Below, piece by piece: positions 19,701 to 27,357 of a DNA stretch of 64,000 bases. The stretch comes from an uncultured Planctomycetales bacterium (GTDB lineage: Bacteria; Omnitrophota; Gorgyraeia; Zapsychrales; JANLHA01). Under the pieces are notes generated by a model. That model worked only from the letters and a program-made list of their open reading frames with translations. It searched no databases and was not told the origin of the DNA. The translations under genes were made by a program, and so were the position numbers. Numbering within the stretch: the stretch's first letter is position 1; each line of letters begins with the position of its first letter. Where the stretch lies: contig CAYJXI010000007.1 in the NCBI GenBank assembly GCA_964374105.1, positions 13,096 through 77,095 on the forward strand, given 5' to 3'.

Positions 19701-22700
19701 GAAGAAAGAATCAAGGCCTTACTCTTTGATGAAACGAAAGCAGAAGAGACAGGGACTTTTGCTGAATTTAAAGAGAGGGTTATGAAAGGATGGGATAAAA
19801 GGAAGAAATCCCCTCAGGGGGAGGAAGGCATTAAGAAAGATGAGGCAATCCTGACAAGTTTAGAAAAATTGGAACAAGATTTTTTAGACGGGACTCTGTT
19901 ACAAGAAGGAATTGCTCGAATCAATCAAGAGCATCCAGAGTTAAATATTAGAAAATCTTCCGACATTTCCAAACTTAATAGCAAAGTCGCTAATTTCGAT
20001 ATTGCCTTTTTACCTTTACTGACCAAAATCCCTCAGGCGGTTTTGACCGATCAAGATTGGGGGATTTATCGACTGACTAAAGAAGGAATTGAATTGAGAA
20101 GTGGGGATGGGATTCAGAAAGAATTGATTCCCTTTACGAAAGAGGCTCAAGCGCTTATCGCTAAACTCCTAGAGAAGTATGAGGAGGTTTACTTCGACCA
20201 AAGAATTAATGCAACAACGAAATCCTATGTTGTCCACCCCTTTTATTACGATCAAGGAGATATGTCAATCGCCATTTCTTTGATTAGACGGGGTATTGAT
20301 TTGGTAAGTCAAACAATTGATATAGATCATGAAGAACACCGCAGGGTTTTATTTACCGATGAAGAATGGGACATGAATATTCATCAAGATCGACCTATGC
20401 CGGTGCAGTTTACCTTAATCATCTTAGGTCTTTTGGAAAGATTGCCAGCGATTTTAAGACCGGGGGTCACAAGAGAGGATTGGTACTGGGTCCCACGCGA
20501 GAGTGGTATTGAATTTGTCAATAAAGTGACGGGTGAACATGAATGGGTCAATTTTACTCCCGATGAAACGGTTTTGAATTTACCAGAAACTCAAAAGATC
20601 AGGCACATCTTTGAGATTTTAAGGTTATTACCTTCGCATCATGCCATGAATGACTTGGATCAGAAGTTGTTAAAAAATGAACAAGGGTTATTAACGATGT
20701 ATGATCAATTGCGATTAGCTATCCAAAGAAATTTTGATGATCATGTTCCTTTAGCCTACGATCAATATGAAATTTTAGCCGGCCTAAAAAATCGAGGGAA
20801 GGTCCTAGAGCAAGAAGCGATCAACAGCCGATTCACGTTAAGAGAATTACAACTTATCTATGCAATGTTGTCCTCCTTACCTAGAGAAATTGTTGATCAA
20901 TACCAAGATCAATTCTTTTCTTTTCGGCCTCGGGAATTAAGAAATTTTACACAATCTTATCCAGAAGATGGGCATGCCTCTTTGGTGATTGCACCTTTAA
21001 ATATGCGGGAGGTATGGATGTTTTGGGATATCATTCGAAGTAAAGAAATCCGTGGCTATTTAGGTCAATTCACGAAAGAGAAAATCATTGAACTTTCTTT
21101 TATCCGGATGCTTTTGCACGAGCTAGCCCACCGGGTCTATAAAAATCTTGATACAAAACTTCAACGTGCTTATGGTGGGATTTCCTGGGATATGAAGTCT
21201 TGGACTGGACAGGAAGCCACGAAAAAAAGGAACCAGGGGAGGCGTTTCTTGGGAAAACATTTCCTCATTGATTATGCCTTCCCTGAGGAAGATAATTCGC
21301 AAGAAGATTTTGTGGATCAGTTCTCGGCTTATATTTTATTTGGTCCCCAGTTTCGAAGGGCAGCCGAACGTTCCGCCGCCATCAAGGCCAAATATAATTT
21401 TTTTAAGAATATATTCAAAGGGAATGAGTACGAAAGGAATTTTGATTATCATGCTAAAGTCCCTCAGATCGATCAGGCAATGATCACACAGGATGAACTG
21501 AAACAAAAGCAGGCTAAAGTGGATCAGATGTTAGAGCAGGTGCGTGCCTTGCGGGAGGGGCCTCACACATCCCTTAATCTTAAAAAGACCGCTGAGGATT
21601 TTGAAAAAGTTTATCCGCGATTGTTAGAATTTTCCGATCACCTCATTCAGCGTTATCAAGAGATAGCGAATCGATACAGATTAAACCCAGGTGAGATAAG
21701 ACTTTATATGGTTGGTGGACGTGTGAGGGGAACGCCACTTAAAGAAGATAGTGATATTGATTTGATTTTTGCAGTGGAGAATCCGGGAAGTTCATTGGGA
21801 AGAATTCCGTTTGAGCGATTTTCCGATCCATTAGAAGCATGGGATTTTAAATTAGATCGGATGAAGGAATTGTTGGCTGATGTATCCAAGATTTCAAATC
21901 AGTTAGGTGTTAGGAACCTTTTTCATATTTTAAGTCTTGATGTAAAGATTCCTGAGGATGATTTGATTGTAACCCAAGAGAGACTTTTATTAGCAAAATC
22001 GAAGGGACAAACGACTGCCTTTCCCGCAACGACGACAACCCCTCAACGAGATGAGGCGATGGTGACGCCAGATCGTCAGCCCCAGCAGATCTTGATGGAA
22101 AGGATGGGCTTTGCCAGTGCTATGCTGGAATTGAAATTGAATATTCATGGTTTGGAGATGGAGAATCTCTTTCAACATTATGAGAAAGAACATGACGCTT
22201 ACATCTTAGACGATAAAGTCATGGATGTGATGGGACAACTGGGTGGGATGAAAAATGGGGAGGCTCTTAATTTGGTTGGTTTTGTTTTTATCCGCGGGAG
22301 CACGGTAGAAAAACTTAAAACAGCTGATAAGGAGGCATTCCTCTCTTTAAGGCATGAACAGAGGCACAATGATTATCATGCCATTCACGGCTATGCCATT
22401 GAATCCAGCGAACAAAAACTCATTGATGAATTGTATGCTTACTTTGCCTCATTTATCCAAATCTACGGGGTGGAAGGCCTCACAACAATCCAAGAACGAC
22501 AGATCGGCACAGGCCCCTGGGCCCAGATTGTTCTCAATGTCCTCATTCAGGATTATTTGAAGGATGAGCGTGAGGAGGCACTTAAAGCAGATCTCATTGA
22601 ACGGCTTCGCTATGTGGCCAGTATCTTAGATTGGTATTTAAAAACTCAAGATCCCAATATGATCTTGGAATTTTTAAAAACAGCCACCTCATTGAATCAA

Positions 22701-23801
22701 ATCTTGGCAATGGTGAATTTTGATTATCTCAAAGACAATTTGAAAGAAAAGATTCCTTTAGAAGAATATGAGCGGCTTGCTGGCCAATTTAGAAAATTTA
22801 GAAGTGATTTCCAAACAATGAAATCAAAAGAGGGTGGCCGTGCTTCTCAATTTGAGGCAAATCCCCAACGCGACCAGGCGATGGTGACAAAACCAGGAGA
22901 ACCATTGATCCCTCCTTTATGGGAAGGGCAGATTCGGTATGTTCCGGAAGCGATGGTCAAGAAGGGAGGCTGGAAACTCCATTTGCGGGTTCAACCGCAT
23001 GGAAGATTCGCAGAGATTATCCACAAGTGGCTGTGGAGGAATACAAAAAAAGGAGAGGTCGGTTATAAATATTTACATGGGGGAGACAAGGGAGAAAAAG
23101 ATTTTACAATTTATGTAGGACCTAAAAAAGATGCTGATCAACTGGCCATCAAAATTTCCCAAGAGATTGGGTATCTCTTAAGGAATCCAGGAGAACATAT
23201 TCTCGAAACAGACATCGAATTCGCTCCCAAAGTCTGGGGCCGGTTCGATGTGAAGGATATTGAAGGGAATCAATACTTCTATGGGATGGTAAGGGCGGGT
23301 GTTGAAGGAACAGGGATTCCCATCTTGAAGAAAGATTGGCATGAGAGGTTTAGATTATTGTTTAATTATGGGAAGCCCCGCTCACCACAACAAGAGAAAG
23401 CCGACCACAAGAAACTGCGCCAATCAGAACCATTGTTTATCCAAAGAGCGTTTGATCTCTTGAAAAATGAGTTGGGAGACTATTTTACAGGCGGGGCAGA
23501 AAATGTCGAAGGGCTTTCTCCTAAAGGAGAGAGACCTTTGGAACAAGAGGGGAAAAGTAAAGATGAAGCTATGATCACAAAGCCTGTTGGTGGGATTGAC
23601 TTTGCACCTGGGAATTTGATTTTGGATATAAAGAGAGATGCTAACGGGGCGCCACTTCCTTTGCCAGTTCAGCAGATGCAGCAGATCAAAATTGATGGAC
23701 TTGTGCCGGTGATTATTCAGATCACACCGGTGACGAATTTCCCACTTCTTTTTGGCCTGTCGGAACAAGGGACCGAAGAACAGCTTTCCTTAAAGGATTG
23801 A
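13776..23801 (+). CDS. Giant (3341 aa) secreted/membrane-anchored multidomain protein of unknown function
   Basis: Uninterrupted 10,026-nt ORF with an N-terminal hydrophobic signal/anchor (...FLGERAYAQ). Internal motifs include HEAIH, HELAH and an NTase signature GGRVRGTPLKEDSDIDLIFAVEN. Confidence 0.8.
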   Translation: MMFQTKVSRLFLKVTALLVIFSMVVTSNLLFLGERAYAQVINLGSSGLTLPSPGSLVSLSAGFQPVVLKGIKVYPQNPFHFDFIVDTGDSKLKEDQLKQESTRLIKYFLASLTVPEDQMWVNLSPYEKERIIPESFGVTEMGRDMLLQDYLLKQLTASLIYPEHDLGKAFWEKIYQKAYEQYGTTNIPVNTFNKVWILPERAVVYEHEGMAFVGESRLKVMLDHDYQALRSQLLKDQGATDPSLKAKEVNDLSGSIVKDLIVPAIEKEVNEGENFANLRQIYHSLILAAWYKRTLKESLLGQQYVDQNKVKGIDLEDKEIKQKIYEQYLKVFKKGVYNYIREDYDPYTQESIPRKYFSGGIEWKINEDLQVTNVREKKTFTRLFQGVVAGVVMLASVALRSPAYAQDNTISPLPQPPAPGLLENEEKPIEKEAPNQGVVIKNLDSIAKEGPLDEKDFKDGFDLRDALNAIYQSDEADEFKQKVVSAKIFSRLFNVYYENLMDEKKADRLKVRAVHLAEIVGTILRHQQNEIEEEILENDIIGKIRNIYHAEVVNRKLLFELARTGPSSHEEGSSLKQPNRSYFNWVWQEKIQEHIDEGRFPNIQQKFGPQVPSLRDQMRFYNGGAFELTKAVVKLGQSKNQRVIKEIKKAGLIKSLFHYATLPSPVNGYVSATTETMLGLAEIIEAQPGFFLEELNEIDEVLGQSIVDFIKDNLGKEHAAPYQRLTDSKASPSYEKAFRKIKEATTDATSFIDEADFSIKVSQEVLETLRKTSSGQDENGYFLFVNKGTGVIEKVTNRYVHSNRTNFYVNEGFLHYANELAKKHGYLLIGDFHAHPDTFINLKEMPEEGFKDDGRAYDLLSRGDSVSGQVRTKQLNFLGVGFDGNFEVLVYLPLFEKTLGVGHAYLKRKDEFLDKGVFPARSRVIKNRSQELVRLKLKVVDSTVPSDLDILDQYPPFIKQSKKELNSQEYGDLIYNLKKIGLANMTITSAGLKIKGLEARLQALRDRLQTEDVKKEIENLQEEIQKLRKVSYEKDHDHFDFVGEKDPGVIIFVERQDGIFVISGSVNDIDDFQLWYKEHDGSIATLLFRVGTNLYTAHEKDATEVARFLQSWIKMHKAGIGEGILQKVSAIENLPRQVGALLRENQVEELDNFVSEEYLKFINTNQTLLEEFTRGVLDRGVSIETWELLQKKGGPWGKIANSVLKKLGGEAEILKKTKQIIDDGIKEKRTPQELRQKLTELIKYSSIYRDMISGGVTRLIEKRKVENDFALRLFVVYVAKYTYVYLLDQLGLRGEEFDNFLEEFLDSTTPYYEDKLIWDGTIDYKEGHIKPNLNAKIRGIEWIFDIVIHEAIHKIVAADWMREYLRLNFGDDMRWLLATALGRFNAGIMEGTFLEAGFQPPFGKETFVDRQRTPFLTHAKFRLIPDTIRTWDEVVKYIEENKGGKTWGDEPGKSYIEGDLLAVYSAYHYGKGGGLLIRLYGTRFKELNFAQMELAAAVLRNILKGHEVEGSFFDLEEKIIVEVRKLDLRDDTTYETLEEKEKGLTESLIKELKEAGQIKEVKKTSQNIRDREETKKDQAILTDGLNAQGIAQLDYGAIVSAIKKAEEQHVSPLDLARELFQKNNISLDEQNQLTLYTFLVVLDALRRIGIVYENLQPPTLVGMMRVLLPHLKSLDPQNKDPLGTIRKIEEGINDRNSKIFQEFIEHILDVKDLISPTTGRSRYPDQTFFLQEFALPRLIAFKKMRNDRVIRIGSLGSSTGEDLMKLAETVSIVFHQTGENLNDWKIILEARDVSAKSLNVFRETAQAELTHPVFQIETKVTILGDKEDLKEISNLSYDILAVRAVGEYLRPQIRTQLGDALHSTLLLSDRHIIPNNESYLSFAEVGPFQNVHQSRKGDFPLIQLKPQEQEKIKEYQIKKMIPLIQLELKEAIPRIFAEEGQIRELIETLAQETKESSDTIFKFIMDSARHVDLEDEERIKALLFDETKAEETGTFAEFKERVMKGWDKRKKSPQGEEGIKKDEAILTSLEKLEQDFLDGTLLQEGIARINQEHPELNIRKSSDISKLNSKVANFDIAFLPLLTKIPQAVLTDQDWGIYRLTKEGIELRSGDGIQKELIPFTKEAQALIAKLLEKYEEVYFDQRINATTKSYVVHPFYYDQGDMSIAISLIRRGIDLVSQTIDIDHEEHRRVLFTDEEWDMNIHQDRPMPVQFTLIILGLLERLPAILRPGVTREDWYWVPRESGIEFVNKVTGEHEWVNFTPDETVLNLPETQKIRHIFEILRLLPSHHAMNDLDQKLLKNEQGLLTMYDQLRLAIQRNFDDHVPLAYDQYEILAGLKNRGKVLEQEAINSRFTLRELQLIYAMLSSLPREIVDQYQDQFFSFRPRELRNFTQSYPEDGHASLVIAPLNMREVWMFWDIIRSKEIRGYLGQFTKEKIIELSFIRMLLHELAHRVYKNLDTKLQRAYGGISWDMKSWTGQEATKKRNQGRRFLGKHFLIDYAFPEEDNSQEDFVDQFSAYILFGPQFRRAAERSAAIKAKYNFFKNIFKGNEYERNFDYHAKVPQIDQAMITQDELKQKQAKVDQMLEQVRALREGPHTSLNLKKTAEDFEKVYPRLLEFSDHLIQRYQEIANRYRLNPGEIRLYMVGGRVRGTPLKEDSDIDLIFAVENPGSSLGRIPFERFSDPLEAWDFKLDRMKELLADVSKISNQLGVRNLFHILSLDVKIPEDDLIVTQERLLLAKSKGQTTAFPATTTTPQRDEAMVTPDRQPQQILMERMGFASAMLELKLNIHGLEMENLFQHYEKEHDAYILDDKVMDVMGQLGGMKNGEALNLVGFVFIRGSTVEKLKTADKEAFLSLRHEQRHNDYHAIHGYAIESSEQKLIDELYAYFASFIQIYGVEGLTTIQERQIGTGPWAQIVLNVLIQDYLKDEREEALKADLIERLRYVASILDWYLKTQDPNMILEFLKTATSLNQILAMVNFDYLKDNLKEKIPLEEYERLAGQFRKFRSDFQTMKSKEGGRASQFEANPQRDQAMVTKPGEPLIPPLWEGQIRYVPEAMVKKGGWKLHLRVQPHGRFAEIIHKWLWRNTKKGEVGYKYLHGGDKGEKDFTIYVGPKKDADQLAIKISQEIGYLLRNPGEHILETDIEFAPKVWGRFDVKDIEGNQYFYGMVRAGVEGTGIPILKKDWHERFRLLFNYGKPRSPQQEKADHKKLRQSEPLFIQRAFDLLKNELGDYFTGGAENVEGLSPKGERPLEQEGKSKDEAMITKPVGGIDFAPGNLILDIKRDANGAPLPLPVQQMQQIKIDGLVPVIIQITPVTNFPLLFGLSEQGTEEQLSLKD

Positions 23802-23885
23802 AATCCTTTAAAAAGCAGGGAGAGACATTGATCAAGCCGACGTTGAAGAATTAAAGTTGATTAAAAAGCTTAAAAGAAGATACCG

Positions 23886-24053
23886 ATGATTTTTAGATGG
23901 GAAACTAAAGAAGAGCGGATATTGCGTTTCCTCAAGATCCCTCCAGAAAAGAAATTAGAATGGCTCCGTAAGATGCAGGAGTTTACAAAGAAAACTTCCT
24001 CTAGGCGCCTTCTTTTAATCCGAAAAAGATTACGGGAATTAAGAAGGCGCTAA
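23886..24053 (+). CDS. Possible small basic protein (55 aa) immediately downstream of the giant gene
   Basis: ATG..TAA ORF MIFRWETKEERILRFLKIPPEKKLEWLRKMQEFTKKTSSRRLLLIRKRLRELRRR. It is not in the supplied track (<60 aa) and has a weak RBS. Confidence 0.2.
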   Translation: MIFRWETKEERILRFLKIPPEKKLEWLRKMQEFTKKTSSRRLLLIRKRLRELRRR

Positions 24054-24156
24054 CAGATATCTTATGCCCTTGAGGTTAATGAGAGGGAGACCCGAGACGG
24101 GAAGAAAAAAAAGGAACTTGACAATTTTATCCCAATAGTGTAAACATGAGAGTGCA

Positions 24157-24540
24157 ATGAAAAGAATTTACGAAATATCAACCTTTTTGATGATCTCCAT
24201 TCTTATTTTGGGTTTGGTTTCTTGCTGTTGTGCCAGTGAGATTAACTGGGGGGCTTTAAATACTGAGACCTGCCATCAAGACCCCTTTCATCATCAACAA
24301 TCGCCCCAAAATTCGACGGATGACAATCATTGTGATTGCCCAGTTCTTATTGGTGTCAACCCATCGTTTGGTATTGACTTTAAGTCTCAGATGGCTTTTA
24401 GCCAACAACTCCATTTTGAGAATTTAAGCCATTTGGGTTCTTCAATTCAAATTGTTCTCACCGTGAATTACAATCAAGGACCTCCCAAAGGTTCTTTAAC
24501 CCTCCCGCTGTATCTTAAGAATTCTGTCCTTCGGCTTTAA
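24157..24540 (+). CDS. Small secreted His/Cys-rich hypothetical protein (possible metal-binding)
   Basis: Signal peptide/lipobox-like LVSCCC, then HQDPFHHQQSPQNSTDDNHCDCP. Sits directly upstream of the cusCBA-like operon. Confidence 0.35.
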   Translation: MKRIYEISTFLMISILILGLVSCCCASEINWGALNTETCHQDPFHHQQSPQNSTDDNHCDCPVLIGVNPSFGIDFKSQMAFSQQLHFENLSHLGSSIQIVLTVNYNQGPPKGSLTLPLYLKNSVLRL

Positions 24541-24656
24541 TCCGCCTTAAAGATAATCATTCTTATTTTTCTTCATTATTTCATACAAACTTTGTCTCAA
24601 AGTTGTTACAATTGACTTGTTGTAAATTCTTTTTAAGGAGAAGACAAGGAGAGAAA

Positions 24657-25922
24657 ATGAAAAAATTGGGGTTAGTATCATTGATTTTGATTCCCATGAT
24701 TTTTCCTGGGCAGATTGCGGCTGAGGAGGCCTTGCCTTCGAACCTGTCGGATTTGATTGAACAGGCCGTTAAAAATAATCCCTCGATTAAGGCGCAATAT
24801 AGCCAATGGCAGGCCGCCAAAAACCGTGTCCCGCAGGCTTCGAGTTTACCCGATCCTATGGGTGGCTACGCGGTCATGGGGCCGATGCTGGAGACGCGGT
24901 TAGGTCCCCAGAAAGATATGTACGAATTTGAACAAATGATTCCCTTTCCTGGGAAACTCTTTGAGCGAAGAAAAATGGCGGAAGCCCAGGCCCGGATGGC
25001 TGAGGCCAAATACAAAATGACCGAGCAAGAGGTGATCTTGAGGGTCAAAGAGGTCTATTACGATCTTTTTTCCGTGGAGGCCTCTTTAAGGATTTTAGAG
25101 GAAATCCGAGATTTAATGAGGAACTTTGAATCGATTGCCCAAGCGAGGTATGCCAGTCAGTCCGCAGGTCAGGGGGAGGTGGCCAAGGCCCAGGCCGAAG
25201 TTTCCGAGGCGTTAAAACAGATTTTTACGCTTCGCCAACAGAAAGAAACTCTGGTAAGCCTGATGAATTCTCTTCTTAATCGCGATCATTCCACTCCTTG
25301 GGAAGGACTCATAACCGAACCCACCTTGCCGCCCTTGGATCTCAATCTCGAAGAATTACTCACCGAGGCTAGAAACAATCGTCCCGAACTGAAAGAAGCA
25401 TTGGCTATGCAAAAAAGAGAAGAGCACGGCAAGTCTTTAGCCAAGTATGAATATGCCCCGGATCTGACGGTGGGTTTCCAATATTTTCGTATTGGAGAAC
25501 GTGAAACCAATGAGGCCGATGATGGTCGGGATGCCTGGATGATTCCCATTAAATTTACTATCCCTTTGTGGCAGAATCGAATTGTCCCCACCATCGCGGA
25601 GGCCAAAAACAATTTAAAAGCCAGTGAAGCACGCTTTAGGGAAGTTAGCAATGAAACCGAATATGAAATCAAGCGTGCTTTTTTTCAATTTACAAATCAG
25701 AAACAAATTGTGGAGCTCTATCGGAATGCCTTTATCCCGCAGGCCGAGTTAGCTTTTCGCTCGGATCAAGCGGGGTATGAATCGGGGTCAACCGATATTT
25801 TACAACTGATTGACAGCGAAAGGGTTTATCTTAATGCAAAAATGTCTTATTATCAGACATTAGCTGAGGTCATGAAGAGTTTTGCAGTTATCGAAAGAAT
25901 TGTGGGAAAAGAATTGAAATAA
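24657..25922 (+). CDS. TolC-like outer membrane efflux protein (CusC/OMF family)
   Basis: Signal peptide, then two OEP-type repeats (LSDLIEQAVKNNPSIKA... and LEELLTEARNNRPELKEALA...). The ATG at 24657 follows aaggagag. Confidence 0.8.
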   Translation: MKKLGLVSLILIPMIFPGQIAAEEALPSNLSDLIEQAVKNNPSIKAQYSQWQAAKNRVPQASSLPDPMGGYAVMGPMLETRLGPQKDMYEFEQMIPFPGKLFERRKMAEAQARMAEAKYKMTEQEVILRVKEVYYDLFSVEASLRILEEIRDLMRNFESIAQARYASQSAGQGEVAKAQAEVSEALKQIFTLRQQKETLVSLMNSLLNRDHSTPWEGLITEPTLPPLDLNLEELLTEARNNRPELKEALAMQKREEHGKSLAKYEYAPDLTVGFQYFRIGERETNEADDGRDAWMIPIKFTIPLWQNRIVPTIAEAKNNLKASEARFREVSNETEYEIKRAFFQFTNQKQIVELYRNAFIPQAELAFRSDQAGYESGSTDILQLIDSERVYLNAKMSYYQTLAEVMKSFAVIERIVGKELK

Positions 25923-25938
25923 GAAGGGAGTAAGCATC

Positions 25939-27357
25939 ATGTCACGAAATAAATTTGTGGTCCTACTCATAATCATTCTTATGATCACGGGAGTGATTCT
26001 CACCATCAAAGGAGGGAATCTTCCCCGCTCTCAAAATAAAAAGGAAAAGGCGGTTTACTATTGTCCTATGCACCCAACTTACATCAGTGATAAGCCCGGG
26101 GATTGCCCTATCTGTTATATGAAGTTAGTCAAGAAAGAAGATTCCAATCCCGTGCCAGCAAAAGAACAAATGGTGCAAAGGATGAAAGACATTTGCATCA
26201 TGCACAATTGTCCTAAAAAACATGAGGGTAAAATTTGTCCGATGTTGATGGTGACCGAAGAAGGTGAAAAGGTTACCTGTCCTATTTGCGGGATGCATGT
26301 GGTGGGAGAAACGGCCGCACTTAAAGAGAAAAGAATTTTGTATTGGACGGACCCCATGATCTCGGGATATAAATCAGAAAAACCGGGGAAATCACCCATG
26401 GGAATGGATTTGATTCCTGTTTATGAAGAAGAGGGTGTAACTCAATCCCAAGGATCAACTCCTGAAGGTTATGCCTCAGTTGTTCTTTCTACTCAAAAGC
26501 AGCAATTGATCGGTATCAAAACGGCAAAGATCGAGAAAAAAAGGCTCAACAAAACAATTCGAACAGTTGGTACCATTGCCCATGACCCAGAACTTTATCA
26601 AGCCCAATCGGAATATATTCAAGCGATTAAGGCTTACCAACAGGCGCAAGCAAGTTCTATCCCAGAAATTGTTGACCAATCCAAACGCCTGCTGGAATCC
26701 ACTCGAATTCGTTTGAAACATCTAGGCCTCAGTGATGATCTGATTGAAGAAATCGCCACATGGAAAGAGCCGGAGCACAGCCTGCTTTTTGCCCATCCGG
26801 GAGATCCAGTATGGATGTATGCCCAAATCTACGAATTTGAACTGCCCCTGATTAAAGTTGGGCAGGAAGTTGATGCGGGAATCCCTTCTCTTCCCGGTGA
26901 AGTTTTTAAAGGGAAAATACGTGCGATTGATCGAATGGTTGAACCAACGACAAGAACGACCCGAATTCGGGTCTTAATAGAAGATCTTAAAGGGCACCTT
27001 AAACCGGATATGTATGTCAATGTCACGCTCAACATTGATCTGGGGGAAACTCTCACCGTTCCGGTTGAGGCGGTTTTTAATACCGGCACACGACAGATTG
27101 TTTTTCTTGATGAAGGTCAGGGGATCTTTACTCCCCGCGATGTTGTCTTAGGAACAAAGACAGAAAATGATTATGAGGTTAAAGAGGGTCTTAAAGAACA
27201 GGAAAGTGTCGTTGTCAGCGGCAACTTCTTGATTGATTCCGAAAGCCGTCTTAAATCGGCCATTGAGGGAATGATTTCTGAAAAAGGAAGTCCTAAAGGC
27301 AGCCCAATGGCTGAAGAGCCATCCTCAACGACAGGAGGCAATCGCCATGGACAATAG
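25939..27357 (+). CDS. Efflux RND periplasmic adaptor (CusB-like) with N-terminal tandem metal-binding motifs
   Basis: N-terminus carries YYCPMHPTYISDKPGDCPICYMKLV (heavy-metal-binding domain), two further Cys-rich copies, and a degenerate copy YWTDPMISGYKSEKPGKSPMGMDLIPV. This is followed by the membrane-fusion-protein body (HlyD-like beta-barrel/lipoyl regions). Confidence 0.8.
   Translation: MSRNKFVVLLIIILMITGVILTIKGGNLPRSQNKKEKAVYYCPMHPTYISDKPGDCPICYMKLVKKEDSNPVPAKEQMVQRMKDICIMHNCPKKHEGKICPMLMVTEEGEKVTCPICGMHVVGETAALKEKRILYWTDPMISGYKSEKPGKSPMGMDLIPVYEEEGVTQSQGSTPEGYASVVLSTQKQQLIGIKTAKIEKKRLNKTIRTVGTIAHDPELYQAQSEYIQAIKAYQQAQASSIPEIVDQSKRLLESTRIRLKHLGLSDDLIEEIATWKEPEHSLLFAHPGDPVWMYAQIYEFELPLIKVGQEVDAGIPSLPGEVFKGKIRAIDRMVEPTTRTTRIRVLIEDLKGHLKPDMYVNVTLNIDLGETLTVPVEAVFNTGTRQIVFLDEGQGIFTPRDVVLGTKTENDYEVKEGLKEQESVVVSGNFLIDSESRLKSAIEGMISEKGSPKGSPMAEEPSSTTGGNRHGQ

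Noticed and set aside
17820-21131. Calling the two HExxH motifs (HEAIH, HELAH) zincin metalloprotease active sites
   Set aside because: HExxH is a 5-residue pattern and chance occurrence in a 3.3-kaa protein is not negligible. No convincing third ligand (E-x-x-x-D, or HExxHxxGxxH) was seen downstream. They are mentioned only as weak leads.
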